Shown here: piece by piece, positions 13,527 to 26,440 of the stretch
Layout of the letters: each line of letters begins with the position of its first letter
Numbering within the stretch: the first letter of the stretch is position 1
Origin: Botryllus schlosseri
Taxonomy: Eukaryota
DNA length: 64,000 nt
Assembly: GCA_051294905.1 (NCBI GenBank)
Contig: CM119371.1
Coordinates: 15,376,001 to 15,440,000, forward strand
Direction of reading: 5' to 3'
Notes under the pieces: model-generated
What the model saw: only the letters and a program-made list of their open reading frames with translations
Told to the model about the DNA's origin: nothing
The model's database searches: none
Made by a program: the position numbers and the translations under genes

Positions 13527-15244
13527 AGTAATGTAATCGCGCTTCGGTGATTCGTAAAATACCGGAAGTCACAAATGTTGTATTTCGGAAGTCAGAAACG
13601 CAGCATTTTGAGCTAGCTAGCAGTCGAAAATCGGTCTATGGAGCTTCGGAAAAGCGTCATTGTGGCTCTTCATGGACGCGCATTGTGTATTTCGTCGAGC
13701 TAATTACATTGTATATCGTGCATATGGTTGATTTTCCACGAGTGGATTTTGAAATCAGGTGTTTTTAATGCGTAGTGACCTACATTCCGCGGGACAAATG
13801 ACTATGGTATCCTGTCCACTGAATCACTATAGTGGTTATATCGTGAATTGTTTCCCGTATAACAGGTTGCTCTCAAAGCAATCCGCGAGCGTATACACAA
13901 GACACACCGAATACAACCGCTCAGCACCCAACTATCCTATCGAGTGTGACTTTGAGATTAACAAATTGTATATTGAGTATACGAGATTTGAATGTTTGAC
14001 TAATGATAGATTGAAAATCTCGCAAGAGAATCCATGTGATATGATGTAAGATATCGTGATACCAGCAAATTCTTTACGGAATATCTACGAGTTATTTCTT
14101 TACGGAATACCTAGACCAATTGGTTCGCAACCGATATTCGACTGTCCGATCAGTACTCGATAAAAATCATTTTCATGTATAGCACCTATTGCGTTGTGGT
14201 GAAGGGTGTTTTGATCTGAGCAAACATTTCATAAACACCAGTATTAGCACCTCGATTTAAAAAAAACTAGATTAGTATGTATGGAAAGCGCTTGATTGGG
14301 GATTTATCTATTTCTCACAATCACACACTGTTTTTGCGTGCGAATTGACATGGGTGGGTTGATTAATGCTTGATTCCATTCGCAGCACCATCCGTCACGT
14401 TCAACGTAAAATATGGTGAGGTATACAGATTTCACAAAGTTTCATCATCACAACAACAAATTAAGATGGTGTTTAAACTTAGACTTGAATTATATGTTGA
14501 ACTCAGAACATCAAAGAAATCGGAAATATGCACCGTCATTTAGTAAATTCGTGTTTTGTGTCTCTATTCATTCGCAGTATTGGAAACAAATATTATCACC
14601 AAATCCAAATCACCGAATTATATTTTTCGGCTCATATGAATTTGAGTGGTAATTGAATTGCTAGCAATTTACTCACGCATAGGTGAATTCAGTTCTGATT
14701 TATCTCACGCAATACACAAGAGCATCACTGGTGTTTCAACATAGTCCACATATCTGAAATATCACTCCCTCTGATTAATCAATACCTAAAGCACAGACAA
14801 ACGACCAACACAAATTCTTAATCGTCATGTTGTTATTTTTTCGATATTACACATATAATACAATTGATGTTTTTTTCGTGGCTCGAGATTGATTTGGGTC
14901 ACACCAAATTCAAGGTACGTTTTACTCACTTGTCAGATTATGACATGGATGTTGTCCAGTTCGCGTCATTGGTGTGGAATCTTTTTCAGTACCGTAGATA
15001 GAAATTTTATTACAGCCACAGACAGCAATCGTACTCACTTCGTAGATTTTAAAATCGGTGTCGGAATGAGTCTTATTTCGCTAGTTCGTTTGCATAAGAA
15101 CCTTTGATTTCGAGATGAGTCCGTCGAAATGTTTGAAATTTACCAGCTTTCATAGGTAAATCAAGATTATGACTAACTGATAGACTTGTAATCACAACAC
15201 GACGTCGTTGCCATGTACCGTTTGCAATCGTGCCGTATCATCAC

Positions 15245-15287
<43 letters not shown>

Positions 15288-18200
15288 GTTGGTTTATTAG
15301 CAATTTTATCGGTTCAATAGGCCTACACCACAAAAATGCGATACAAGGAAAAGATAGGAAGGTGTCGAAGCGACTTGGAGTAGTCTATGGAATAAGACAC
15401 CCACCTTGACCCACCGTATTGGAAATATATGCATACATTTCCTCCACAATATACAGCATCGATTTCGATTTCATCACAATGACAGAAGCATACTTGCCCT
15501 AGTTTCTCTCAATCAACTTCCTTGTCGTATGATGGATTTTTCAAAAGTTATGCTCAGAACATTGGCTTTCCATGTCGCGATGAATGACAATACAACTGGT
15601 CTGCTACCGCTAATCTGTTGACCGATATTCTGGATAATCAGTTTATTTAGATTTTTCCAATTTTCGAACCACCTGTCTTACAATGACACAAGTATTAGCG
15701 ATGAGATGGTAACAATAGAACCGCGGCGGTCAGTCCCTCCATAATGGAAATGGTTATCACACACGACCAATCGACCATCCTCATACGAAACATATATTTA
15801 CAAGATACCATAGGTACAGATTTACAAATTTAGGTCGAAGTAGATAATTGACTTCACCCTATATTCTACTGCTACAAAACCCTAGATTAGTTGGTTACAC
15901 ACCGTAAACCTATCGCTATACATTGCAGTCGACCAATTTCGTGCTTGGACTTATCAAGACCTCTAATTATTTCTTTCTGGCGTATCTGAATATTCAAATA
16001 ATCCAACAATGGTATTAGTGCTTCAAAAAATCACAGGTATTTTCTTCGCAAAAATAGTGTGTGTGTGTGTGTACGATGTATCTTCATTCTGTGCACTTAC
16101 ATGATCTATGTTAACCGGAATCAAATGGAAGTGCGTTAGGGGAAGAATCAATATGTTACCAGATTGTTCCGTTTTGCTCACGAAACATTCAATAAAGTCA
16201 CATTTAGAACTGACAAACAAGCCTGATATCGAACAAGACTAAGCTTATGTAAATTTATTGTATGGCTGTCGTGTCCTCCTTCGTAACACCAATTCCTCAC
16301 TGCATACACTCCAATCTATTTTGTATACGAAAAGCGAGAGTTATCACATCAATCGATTCATCATATCATACCAACTCTTCTATGGTTCTGTATGAAAAAT
16401 GTTTGTTATCATTTTTACACGAGTACTAAATCCGATTATGAATAGGTTTGTGAATCAAATTGGTAAAGAGTGTGAAGTTCATTTTTCAGTATCAAGATAT
16501 ACGATGCTAATTAAGGTAGGTAGCTAGGTAGGTATTTTGGGGGGATGGGGCTTAGCTACTTGGCTTTTTGCCACAGGACGATAACTAGCGATTATTCACG
16601 CCTATACCAATGGTTTATGACTCTTCATATAGCCCTTCCACTTGCTATCGTGAATTCGATGACTGGCCGTATCGTATGGCTATCTGTTAGCAGGGACTTG
16701 GCCGTTAATGATACTTTATTCCGCTCTGCTAATTAAGGTGTATAGATTCGAATACGATGGTCATAGTCTAATTAAATGGACTTGCCGGTCTCCTTTATTT
16801 GGTCGCAAACTCTCACCATGATTATTAATGAATCTGCTTCTACAACTTCAACAGCGTACCTGTAGGGGAGGCGTGGTACTGATAGATAAAATATTGAAAG
16901 ATGATCTCGGGTCCCCACATCTTCAACCGATAACAGTAGATCTTTTGCATGGCTCAATACTTTGATTAATCCCTACTCGGTGGGTCGGAAGGAACACGAC
17001 CTGGGGACCTATGAGACATACACTCAAAAACCGGAATCCGCAAACTGTTTTTCGGCGTGTCGATGTGTAATATACTCTAAGCTACAACAAGCCAAAAACT
17101 AGAATGTTTGACCGCAACCATCGAGAAAATAGAATAAATATTACTTCAAATGTTGCCATGAAATCCGTTTCGATTTTCGCACAAACTTACAAATTATAGG
17201 GTACATAGACATTCCCCGTAAATCGACAACTTAACTTCCAAATAGTTCATTGTAGTGGTAAAACATAACATCAAATTACTAAATACAGTGTCTACTGTCT
17301 ATGTATGTAGGCGTGTTTCTGTTGTTGCATGATTATTTATCCAAACCATTTTGCTTGATTTTTCTATGGTATTGGTATCAACTCTATAAATTTTGTAATT
17401 GAATTGAGAAAATGCACCAAAGGATGGCATTGAATATAAAAATTGTGATGCTGTATAGCATGGTACGAGACCTATACACTTTACATTAAAATGGCTGCAG
17501 GTTTTTTCGTCTTGAAAGTTACAAAGAAAGTGAATGCGTCGACAAAAATATATTTTACATCCCTCAAAACAGAAAACTTATGTCAGAGATGCTATAACTC
17601 GTGCAGATCAAAGTTTTTTTGCATGAGAGGAAAGATTCCGCCAGCATACAAATGTAGACAAATTCACGGAGTGTAATCAAGGCATTAACATTGAGAATTA
17701 TTCAAGTATTTTTGCCCGCAGTGTATCATCGGTACCACAGCTCGCATAATCGACGTTTTTCTTTAACACGCACAAGAATAATCGGATTTATTTGCTACAA
17801 CTGGCAGCTTGATTATGTTAAACGTAGACCGGTTGCGGTTTCAAGTCGGGACACACAGCAGCCGTCTCTATTTCGCGTTGATCGACTTAAGGCTGAGAGG
17901 AACGGGAGAGCAAAATACATACATTCACACTTGGTAACGATTTTGTTTTCACCATACGATATAGTAGTACATTCGAAGTAAAAATCTTTCTCGCACTCGT
18001 CATAATATTTTATAACAACGAAAATAATCCGGCGCGACTCGACAATGCTGAAAAAGTCCCATGATTTTGCTAACATTCGGCGAAGTAGCACATAATATTT
18101 CTATGGGTATATTCAAAATATGATTTCCGTTTGGGGATAATATTCTGACCACTATGCTGCCCTCTTACACAGCAATTTGATAGTTTTTTAATCGATAGTC

Positions 18201-18880
18201 GACAGTTTCAGATTGAACACAACGACAAAATATATGCCACGAACGATATCAGAATATTCGAGTAATTCCATATTTGTTTGTTCTAGGATGCGTCGCATCA
18301 AAGTTGTCGTTATTTTACACATTTACACATATGCATTATTTTACACATTTACACATATGCAATGATGTACACCGACTATTAGTTGTGAAATAGCGTAGTA
18401 GTATAATCGACAGCTACGACACCAATGGCTTGTGCGTTCGAGAACGACCGAGTTTGACTCCAAAATTCCTACCTAAGTGATGTTGGAGGTTTATCTGGGC
18501 GGTGTCTTGTGTATACGCTCACGGATTGCTTTGAGAGCAACCTGTTATACGGGAAACAATTCACGATATAACCACTATAGTGATTCAGTGGACAGGATAC
18601 CATAGTCATTTGTCCCGCGTAATGTAGGTCACTACGCATTAAAAACACCTGTTTTCAAAATCCACTCGTGAAAAATCAACCATATGCACGATATACAATG
18701 TAATTAGCTCGACGAAATACACAATGCGCGTCCATGAAGCACCACAATGACGCTTTTCCGAAGCTCCATAGGCCGATTTTCGACTGCTAGCTAGCTCAAA
18801 ATACTGCGTTTCTGACTTCCGAAATACAACATTTGTGACTTCCGGTATTTTACGAATCACCGAAGGGCGATTACACTACT
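13527..18880. mobile_element. Non-autonomous Polinton/Maverick-type element (5.35 kb)
   Basis: TIRs 13527-~13908 and ~18501-18880 are highly similar. Termini are AGTAATGTAATCGC and (reverse complement) AGTAGTGTAATCGC. Perfect 6-bp TSD CGCGTC at 13521-13526 and 18881-18886. No recognisable long ORF inside. Confidence 0.75.
15245..15287. repeat. (CAT)n microsatellite
   Basis: About 14 perfect CAT units. Confidence 0.95.
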
Positions 18881-20537
18881 CGCGTCCCCCAGGTTGAGAC
18901 CCACTTCCTTAGAACTATCATGGTGAAATATACTAAGAAAAAGTTTAAGCAAGTCCCTGCATTAATTCGATTTTTAGTACGCATTTTATCAATATTCTTG
19001 GTAAGTTTCTTTAGACTCTCACGGGCCGCACAGAACAGCGTTGCGGGCCGCATGCGGCCCGCGGGCCGTAGTTTGCCCACCCTTGGGCTACAGCATCTCA
19101 CATGAGGGGTATTGCGACGCAAAAGAAGGATATTGCATTGATAAACATTTGGTCTTGTTGTACCCTTCGATAGAACTCAATACGATCGGTTCCTAGGCTT
19201 TTATTAACATAAAAGTAAGCTAGTGTATCTGAATACAACATGGCAATAATACAGAGTTAACGTAGGTACAACTAACAGAAGCGACGCCACACCCAACTAG
19301 TACGAATGAAATGAATAGTCCCGACGTGAAGGTAATCAGGAGCAATCAGTATAAACACCCACTAGTTGTCAAAAGGGACTGATACACCACAGTCTTCACG
19401 ACGGTTTTGTAATTGTTTTGCAGTGCGTCTAATCATTTGATTGGACTTGGATCTCCGAGACGCTCTTCGAATCTGGCGCCGCATGGTATTATTCTATATT
19501 CAAGACTCTGCTGCCCTACGAAGACCGATCGAATCTGCTTGGCACTAAATCTGCTAATATTTAGTTTCCATACAATTGAATGTTTTAAATGCAAACCTAT
19601 GTATATTGTATATGCTATGTCTTACAAAAGGCGTGGAGGGAAAGTTGGCTGGGCTATAAAGTAGACATCTCAGTAATCATAATAAGCAATATCGGTCTGG
19701 TGTAAATTGTCCATAAAACGTCAAAGATTTGGAAAGGCGATGTGTAAAAAAATAAACAGAAAGAGGTCATCAATCTGCGCCACGTCACTGTTTAGTGTTT
19801 GCTTTTTAGCCGCCGGCTCTGATATAGGGGTGACTACAGATCAACAACTTCGGCCAAACCTCAACATCACGGCACGTTAGCCCGAGCAATGAGCTTTTGT
19901 TTAGTAATCACTTTCCAAAATGCTACTATATGCATATGGGGGTGAGTTGGCGTACCACCACCATTGACGTCGAGGAGGCCCCGCTTTCATTCTAGGACGT
20001 AGTAAGCTCCGTAGCGTCGAATAGTTATCCTCTACAAGTCGCGTTGCTCAAAGTGTCATATCAAAAACATGCCCAGAGAAATACCAGAGTATTATAACCA
20101 TCGATTATACGCCACACTCAGAATTTGGATTCCCAAATGTTTGATATACGTCGACCTTGTTTACCACATTTCCTCGCGGCACCCTGGAGCAGTCCAGTTG
20201 GAATACTAGTGTGCCGCGGAATGCACCGGTTGAGTTAGTTGATCATTGTTATTCCAGTATCTAAAAATAGATGAGTTATTCACATTGCCATTTTCATCAA
20301 GGCTTGTTGCGCAAGATTATATCACGGCTGAAGTATTTGAGAATTGAAAAGTAATATCAGCCAAATGATATAGGGTCTATATAGGGTCTAGGGCAGTGGT
20401 CGGAAACCTTTTTCGTCTGAAGAGCCATGTTTGCCCTATATTTTCCATTTTGACTCCAAAAGAGCCATACATGTCAATCAATTGTTACGAAACAATTGAA
20501 AATTTGTGACATCATGGTAGTACTAATTCGTACTCAC

Positions 20538-23500
20538 CAGACATGGGGTAATCGCGATTAGTAATCGTAATCGATTACGACGATTACAGCATTTTCAAGT
20601 AATCGTAATCGCAATCGATTACATTCGAAAAAATTCCGAAGTAATCGTAATCGTAATCGACTACTTCCCATATCTAATCGATTTCTCTGTGAAAGAACGA
20701 TTACTTTTTATTTGTACAAGGACTATGACATAAACTGAAAATTTGTGAACAAGGAAGAGATATTATACCAGGTTCGTGATAGCACAAGCGTCTGATTTTC
20801 AGACGCCACTGCTCATTATTACGTCAGAAGCCGCACTTGGCTTTGCGCGTCATTGCGTAAGAAGTATCCACAGTAAATAGATGTTCGATCTACGTACGTC
20901 GTACGTTAGTGTGATTGCGAGAACGCCTGTCGTGCTTTATATCAGGTTATCAACACGTTCCACACGCCACTACCTTGCAGCAGTATAATTTGTCTCCGCT
21001 CTGCTTACTTTAAAATAGTAACTTATGTGTTGGTGTTTGGTTATGCTTATAGTTAAACGCAGTTTTACCGTTGCTGCTTGGCGAGCAGTAGGCCTATCTA
21101 GTACGTACGGAAACCGGACGACGATTTGATATTTTGTACTCGTCAAATAAAACATTGGGGTTTCCACAATGAAGCAGTAAAATCAACAGCTGGGGATATA
21201 TATATATATATCATAACCGAACCGTTTTTCTTAACTGCGCCATGCAGTATTAAGTTGAAGGCAGAATTTTATGTTCGCTTCTTCTTATTCTCATGGCTCT
21301 ACTTGAAACGGGCGCCAATCGATATTTCACAATAATTTACTCAACATTGGGACCTACGGCCATGGCCATGTGCTTATACGTCATGTTAACGTGGGATGTA
21401 GCTGGAATCAGGACCAAAACAGCACTTCATCCCCAATCCAAACGTTGGTCTTTGGCCCCATAGGGTGGCAATCTCAAGTTGAACACTGAATTTCGTCAAT
21501 TAGTAATTGCAATATATTATTCTTAGTTTTTAATCCTCTCTCAGCCCCCGATGGTCAGATCTACCTGTAGAGTTTGTTTGTTTGAGGTAGGCTAATCATG
21601 GTGTTTGTCGGCTACAACGGTCATTTACAACAGGCCGATTTTCTACATTTTTGATTCCGTATCTGCTAACTTGTAGCACGGCCCACTTCTAGGCTTTTTG
21701 TAAGACACCGCTTGCGCGGATGAGGCGGCGAGGACGAGCCTAGATAAACCTCCAACACTTTGGTAGGAACCATTGGTGTTGCAGCCATGGATTATACCAC
21801 TGCGCTATCTCGCCACATAATTAGGGGAGATGTGGTACCGATGGATCACTGGGACCGAAAATACTTTGAAAATTCTCTATGATAATTCCATGATTACACT
21901 CCGTGAACTTGTCTACAATTGCATGCTGGCAAAATCTTTCCTCACATACAAAAAAAATTCGACGTGGGCGAGCTATGGGGTCTCTCACAGATGATTTTTG
22001 TTTTGGGGGGTCTAAACTAAATTTAGATCGACATATACATTTTTCTTTGTAACCTTCAACACGAACAAACCAGCAATAATTTTTATTGTGAAGTGTAGGG
22101 CTTGTATCAGGCTATATAATGGCACCTATTATTTTTTTAGTACTTTACTTGAGTGGACTTTTTTTCGATTCATGTATAAAATTCGTAGGGTGGGTACCGA
22201 TGATACAATAACCAAATCAAGCAAAATAATCAAGCATACTAATCATGAAACAAATGAAACATGCCTACGTACAGAAAATCTTTATCTAATAATTGCATAT
22301 GATGTTTTATCGCTATAACGAGGTATTTGGAATTCACACTCTCGATTTTCGGGCAATATGTATGTACCCACAAATTTATAAGTTCGAGCCTAAATCGAAA
22401 CGTGATTTTATGACAACTTTTGAGTTAATATTTATTCTATTTTTTGACAGTTGTGACCAAACCTTCTTTGGCTTGCTGCAGCTTAGATTATAATACTGAG
22501 CAAGAAAGGTAGTCACATTTGAGTTTTTAGGGTATATGTGTCATAGGTCCCCGGGTCGTGTGTCATTGGACCCACCGGTTGGGGACCGATGACACGTTCG
22601 AGCAACAAATTTTGAACGTCCATAAATATTTTTTGAAAAGACAGGTATTCATGTATATGTTCGCGATAGGTGGAGCTTGTATAAAAGTGCTGAGCCAGCA
22701 AAAGATCTGCTGTTTTCGGCTGAACATTTCGGGGCCAGCGATCATTTTCCAATTTTTGATCCATCGGTACCACATCTCCCCTACCTGCCTGTAGAGCTGG
22801 GGGCACGTAATTCATAATTCATATTATCTTGTTATAATTACTTTTGTGTATGTTGTTAATTCGTGAGCTCCGATTTGTTATATAATCAAAAGATATTGCA
22901 GTGGCTCAAACGTAGCAGATTAAAAGAAAAACTTTCGTGAGACGCACAAACAAATTGTCGTGTCTGCATGTCTGCAACTCAAACTGTAAATTACTAGGGT
23001 CAGTAGCCACATTACCTACAATAGGACTTGAAAACAATTTCATCATGGGCAAAAAAGGATTCACTCCGTCAATGCGGCCGTTGAACTTAACAATCAAGTC
23101 AAAGATCAATTGGTTTGATGGTAAGATAGCGTTGTAAAACGTGTTGTAACACCACTTACTCTTAATTAAGTCTGATGATAGGCAAACTTAAATTTGAGTG
23201 CCCATCCAAACGCATTTGAGTGTGAGCGTACTTTACGACGTGAGTTGAGTAACGAAATCGTTGCTGAGTAGAGAATCGTTACTTGACAGCAAGGGATTTG
23301 GTCTCCACCCTTAATTATAAACTCCAGTTTCCATGCCAAGCAAGTGTAATTTTTGAATATCATTATTTTTGTTTGTTATAGATTGATTTTTTATTATTTT
23401 TGTTGGATTTTCCAGCGTCAATGGGAGCTGAAAGTAGGCTAGCTGGGAGCCGTGGTTGAGAATCACTGATCTAGAGAGGATTTTCAAGTTAATTAGATCT

Positions 23501-23943
23501 CTCGAAAATACTTTATAACTATGTTGGTTTACGAAATACTTTTTGAGTCGCCTTCGAACTCGCTCTCCACCCTACTGGGAAATTTGGGGTGCGGCAATTA
23601 TGGCCATGGCAAGAATGCAAATGGTTGGGCGCGATAAATTGACCTCTATAAAAATGGGCAATAGACACATTATGACGTAACAAGCAAATTACGCATCTTT
23701 TTAAAGGGAGTGTTATCTCATTAAGCCTTTTCAGCGCAATCCATACATTGTCTTCCAGCATAGCTTCTAAGATGTAAAATAAATGTAATCGTGAGTAATC
23801 GTGATTACTTTTCCAATGTAATCGTAATCGTAATCGACTACTTCCTGATTTTGCTATAATCGTAATCGTAATCGTAATCGCGTCATTCGGAAGTAATCGT
23901 AATCGCAATCGATTACATTCATGAAGTAATCACCCCATGTCTG
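20538..23943. mobile_element. hAT-type non-autonomous element with subterminal GTAATC repeats
   Basis: TIR CAGACATGGGG...CCCCATGTCTG. 8-bp TSD GTACTCAC at 20530-20537 and 23944-23951. (GTAATC)n arrays near both ends. Confidence 0.88.
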
Positions 23944-24150
23944 GTACTCACTGCAATGGGATTCGTCGTGGGCGCCCCATTTTCTATGTAGAAACTCTGT
24001 AAAAACTACTAATCATCCTGTGATAGCGCAATTCATGGTAAATAGCTCAGAATTTATAATAACTGATATAAATCTAATATAACTATAGCACTGGCTCTGA
24101 AAATGAATATTGATCGACTTCTCCGAGATCGTGTAATCGAGATGGTGTAA

Positions 24151-24347
24151 CCGAGCGAAATGGTGTAATGGTTGTGCGTCCTGTTTCCCGATCGGTAGGT
24201 CGTGGGTTCGATCCCCGGCCGGGTCAGACCAAAGACTCGAAAACTGGTATCCGCGGCTATCCTGCTAGGCGCTCAGCAATCACGGATAGCATGGAGGAGA
24301 AAAAAATCGGGGTGCAGACTAGATGACCTTACTATAAAGACCGTATC
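24151..24347 (+). mobile_element. tRNA-derived SINE, 5' part (split by the Polinton; 3' part ~39027-39097)
   Basis: Pol III A box (TGGTGTAATGG) and B box (GGTTCGATCC), followed by GGGTCAGACCAAAGACTCGAAAACTGGTATCC...CCTGCTAGGCGCTCAGCA, which resembles the Meta-SINE core as I recall it. Continues after the right TSD into a (CT)n tail. Confidence 0.7.
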
Positions 24348-24604
24348 AGTAGTAGACTTAGCTGGCTTTATTGCCCGCCAATCCCAGAAGGCCACGTCTC
24401 CTTAATTTCCTCGCCTACATTGCCCCATCATCCGCCCATTGCCGCACCTATAGCACACCTATTGTCACATCATTCACCCATTGCTGCACCTATAGCACAC
24501 CTATTGCCACATCATCCGCCCATTGCCGCACCTATATGACGCCCATTGCCACATCATCTACGCCACATCATCAAGCGCCACGCCTATAGTGCCACATCAT
24601 CCAT
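24348..24604 (+). repeat. Left TIR of the Polinton
   Basis: AGTAGT terminus; internal tandem GCCACATCATC / GCACCTATAGCACACCTATTG subrepeats matching the reverse complement of 38817-39020. Confidence 0.9.
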
Positions 24605-24838
24605 CCACAATATCATGATTATGCGTACTGAGCTGTTTTTGAGAATATGAATTCCCCTGTAATACACTAAACGTTGAACTAGATTTCATAACGTCATCAC
24701 AGAGGAATCAGCCAACGATATTGATCTAGGTTTTAGGTTTGAAGCCTGTAGTCACCGCATTTCATACGATTCAGCGCTTTTCATGTCTCCTAACACTTTA
24801 CTCAGTCTCATTGAAATAGCATTGCATAGTGTATCAGT

Positions 24839-25406
24839 TCATTTATTTCGAAAAAAGAGCATATCAATGATATCGTTGAACGTTATTGCGTCGATTCGCG
24901 TGCTGAAATCCTCCGGATCGGTTGATGTTTCGAGGTAATCCGCTTTGATGCCATCCGACGCTGCGATCCGAGTTCTTGCGTTCGATCTGACCGTTTTGTT
25001 TGATGTAGCGATCACTGGCTTGTAGTATAAACGATACGAGTGGAAGGTCGGGATTAGGAACAACTACGCTGGGCGAATAGATGACGAATTCGTCAGCCGA
25101 ATTCAGAGGTTGATAATGCTCGATCCCGTCGCGAGTATACGTAACGACCAAACCTCCTTCATGCTTCAGAGTGGCTCGATATTTCTGAATGATCCCGCTT
25201 GTGGCATGTACAAAGAGTTGATCCGAGGTCAATTCTGCTCCATTCGAAGCTTCGATACGTAATTTTGTGATGTCATTAAAAAGATACAAGTCTTTTCTAT
25301 AGGGCCCCTGGGCCAGAATAGTATCTCCACGGATTGCTAGACTCATTCTTTGAAAAGAAATATCAAACATAAGTACAACAGTCATCACGCAATTCCACCT
25401 CGCCAT
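24839..25406 (-). pseudogene. Unknown accessory ORF A, possibly secreted, probably one frameshift
   Basis: Hydrophobic N-terminus MARWNCVMTVVLMFDISF. Comparison with the paralogue at 26441-27000 shows third-position changes in the frame ending EDFSTRIDAITFNDIIDMLFFRNK (ORF 24839-25063), so that frame is the likely true C-terminus. Confidence 0.5.
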
Positions 25407-25944
25407 CAAATTTAGTCGAGCCTCTTCTTATATTAGGTGTCGCATAACAGACATTACGAATATATTGCAACCCCTTCCGCTTGATGAGAAAAGGACACGC
25501 AGGATAAAACTTTGCATGCTCGAGCCAGGGATCATCGCACGGCAACCAATTTTGAAACAACCCTCCGCATGAGAAACACTTTAAATGATCCTTATAGCCC
25601 AAATAGAACAATCCGCAGTCTGCGAGCTCTGTTCCGGAGGTATTGATATTATCCGGCCACCGCATGAATGTGCTTAGTCTACGAGCATAGCGTGTCATGT
25701 TATAGAAAACGGGATCATTCAATGGGGAAACAGTTACATCTCTATGCTTCGCATAGCATTCATAAATCTTTTCCCCTCTGTTATTTATCATAGCTTGGTA
25801 CTGTTCAATGGGACCCATCCGAGTTTCATCTTCGCCTATTCCTATGCTACTTGTGTTACCGATGCAAGCGCAGTTGAATGTAGCGTAATTTGTAGGGTCC
25901 ACACTACGCTTAGGTAGCGAATCGCTTTGATCAATGTTCGACAT
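25363..25944 (-). CDS. Inhibitor of apoptosis (IAP), single BIR domain, no RING, 193 aa, intronless
   Basis: RLSTFMRWP..LADCGLFYLGYKDHLKCFSCGGLFQNWLPCDDPWLEHAKFYPACPFL is a complete BIR signature with Zn ligands C-X2-C-X16-H-X6-C. The GGL..W...DDPW.EH groove is of type II (IBM-binding) BIRs. Confidence 0.93.
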   Translation of the reverse strand: MSNIDQSDSLPKRSVDPTNYATFNCACIGNTSSIGIGEDETRMGPIEQYQAMINNRGEKIYECYAKHRDVTVSPLNDPVFYNMTRYARRLSTFMRWPDNINTSGTELADCGLFYLGYKDHLKCFSCGGLFQNWLPCDDPWLEHAKFYPACPFLIKRKGLQYIRNVCYATPNIRRGSTKFDGEVELRDDCCTYV

Positions 25945-26440
25945 TGCTATCCGAATTGATATACTCTCATGATCAGTATGCTTTATACCGATATTGAGCT
26001 ATGCACCGTTGAAATATGTGCTTGGTACCGATCGAATGATAGGCCCCCTAGGTCGTATCACGGAAAATTAGAACGTCGACTGCTCACAGAAAAAAGCCAC
26101 GTAGCTCATATCCGTTCCTGGTACGTGTTATCAATAATTAGAATGTTAGTAAGAATGCCACGAGTACAATCACGCGGTGATGATTAATACCTAAAAAATG
26201 ACATCTTGACTCATGCATTTATTTTAAAAAATTAAACTATAGTGTATCGGAACTTAGTTTTACTTTACTGAGATTAGTTTTACTTTTCAACTAACTTGTC
26301 TGTCGATACATTCATTTAATTACGATCCCGAGAAGTCGGATCGATTCCCATAATATAACGATTCAGTGCCGACCTTATGTCTTATACTTCAGCTGACACT
26401 TACTCAGTCTCATTGAAATAGCATTGTATAGTGTACGAGC

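Noticed and set aside
15170-16260. LRR-like snippets on the minus strand (WKNLNKLII, LDYLNI, LSVLNVTLLNVS)
   Set aside because: Short, in different frames and interrupted by many stops; indistinguishable from chance without an HMM search.
13547-18860. Twin 73-aa ORFs MIRKIPEVTNVVF...
   Set aside because: They lie wholly in the two TIRs of the 13527-18880 element; GTG start and no coding evidence.
24151-24225. tRNA-like sequence with A and B boxes
   Set aside because: No convincing acceptor stem or cloverleaf, and it runs directly into a SINE body; treated as a SINE head, not a tRNA gene.
24400-24604. CATCATC repeats in the TIR recalling the adenovirus ITR terminus
   Set aside because: They are internal, not terminal; the true termini are AGTAGT. 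A 7-mer match is not evidence of homology.
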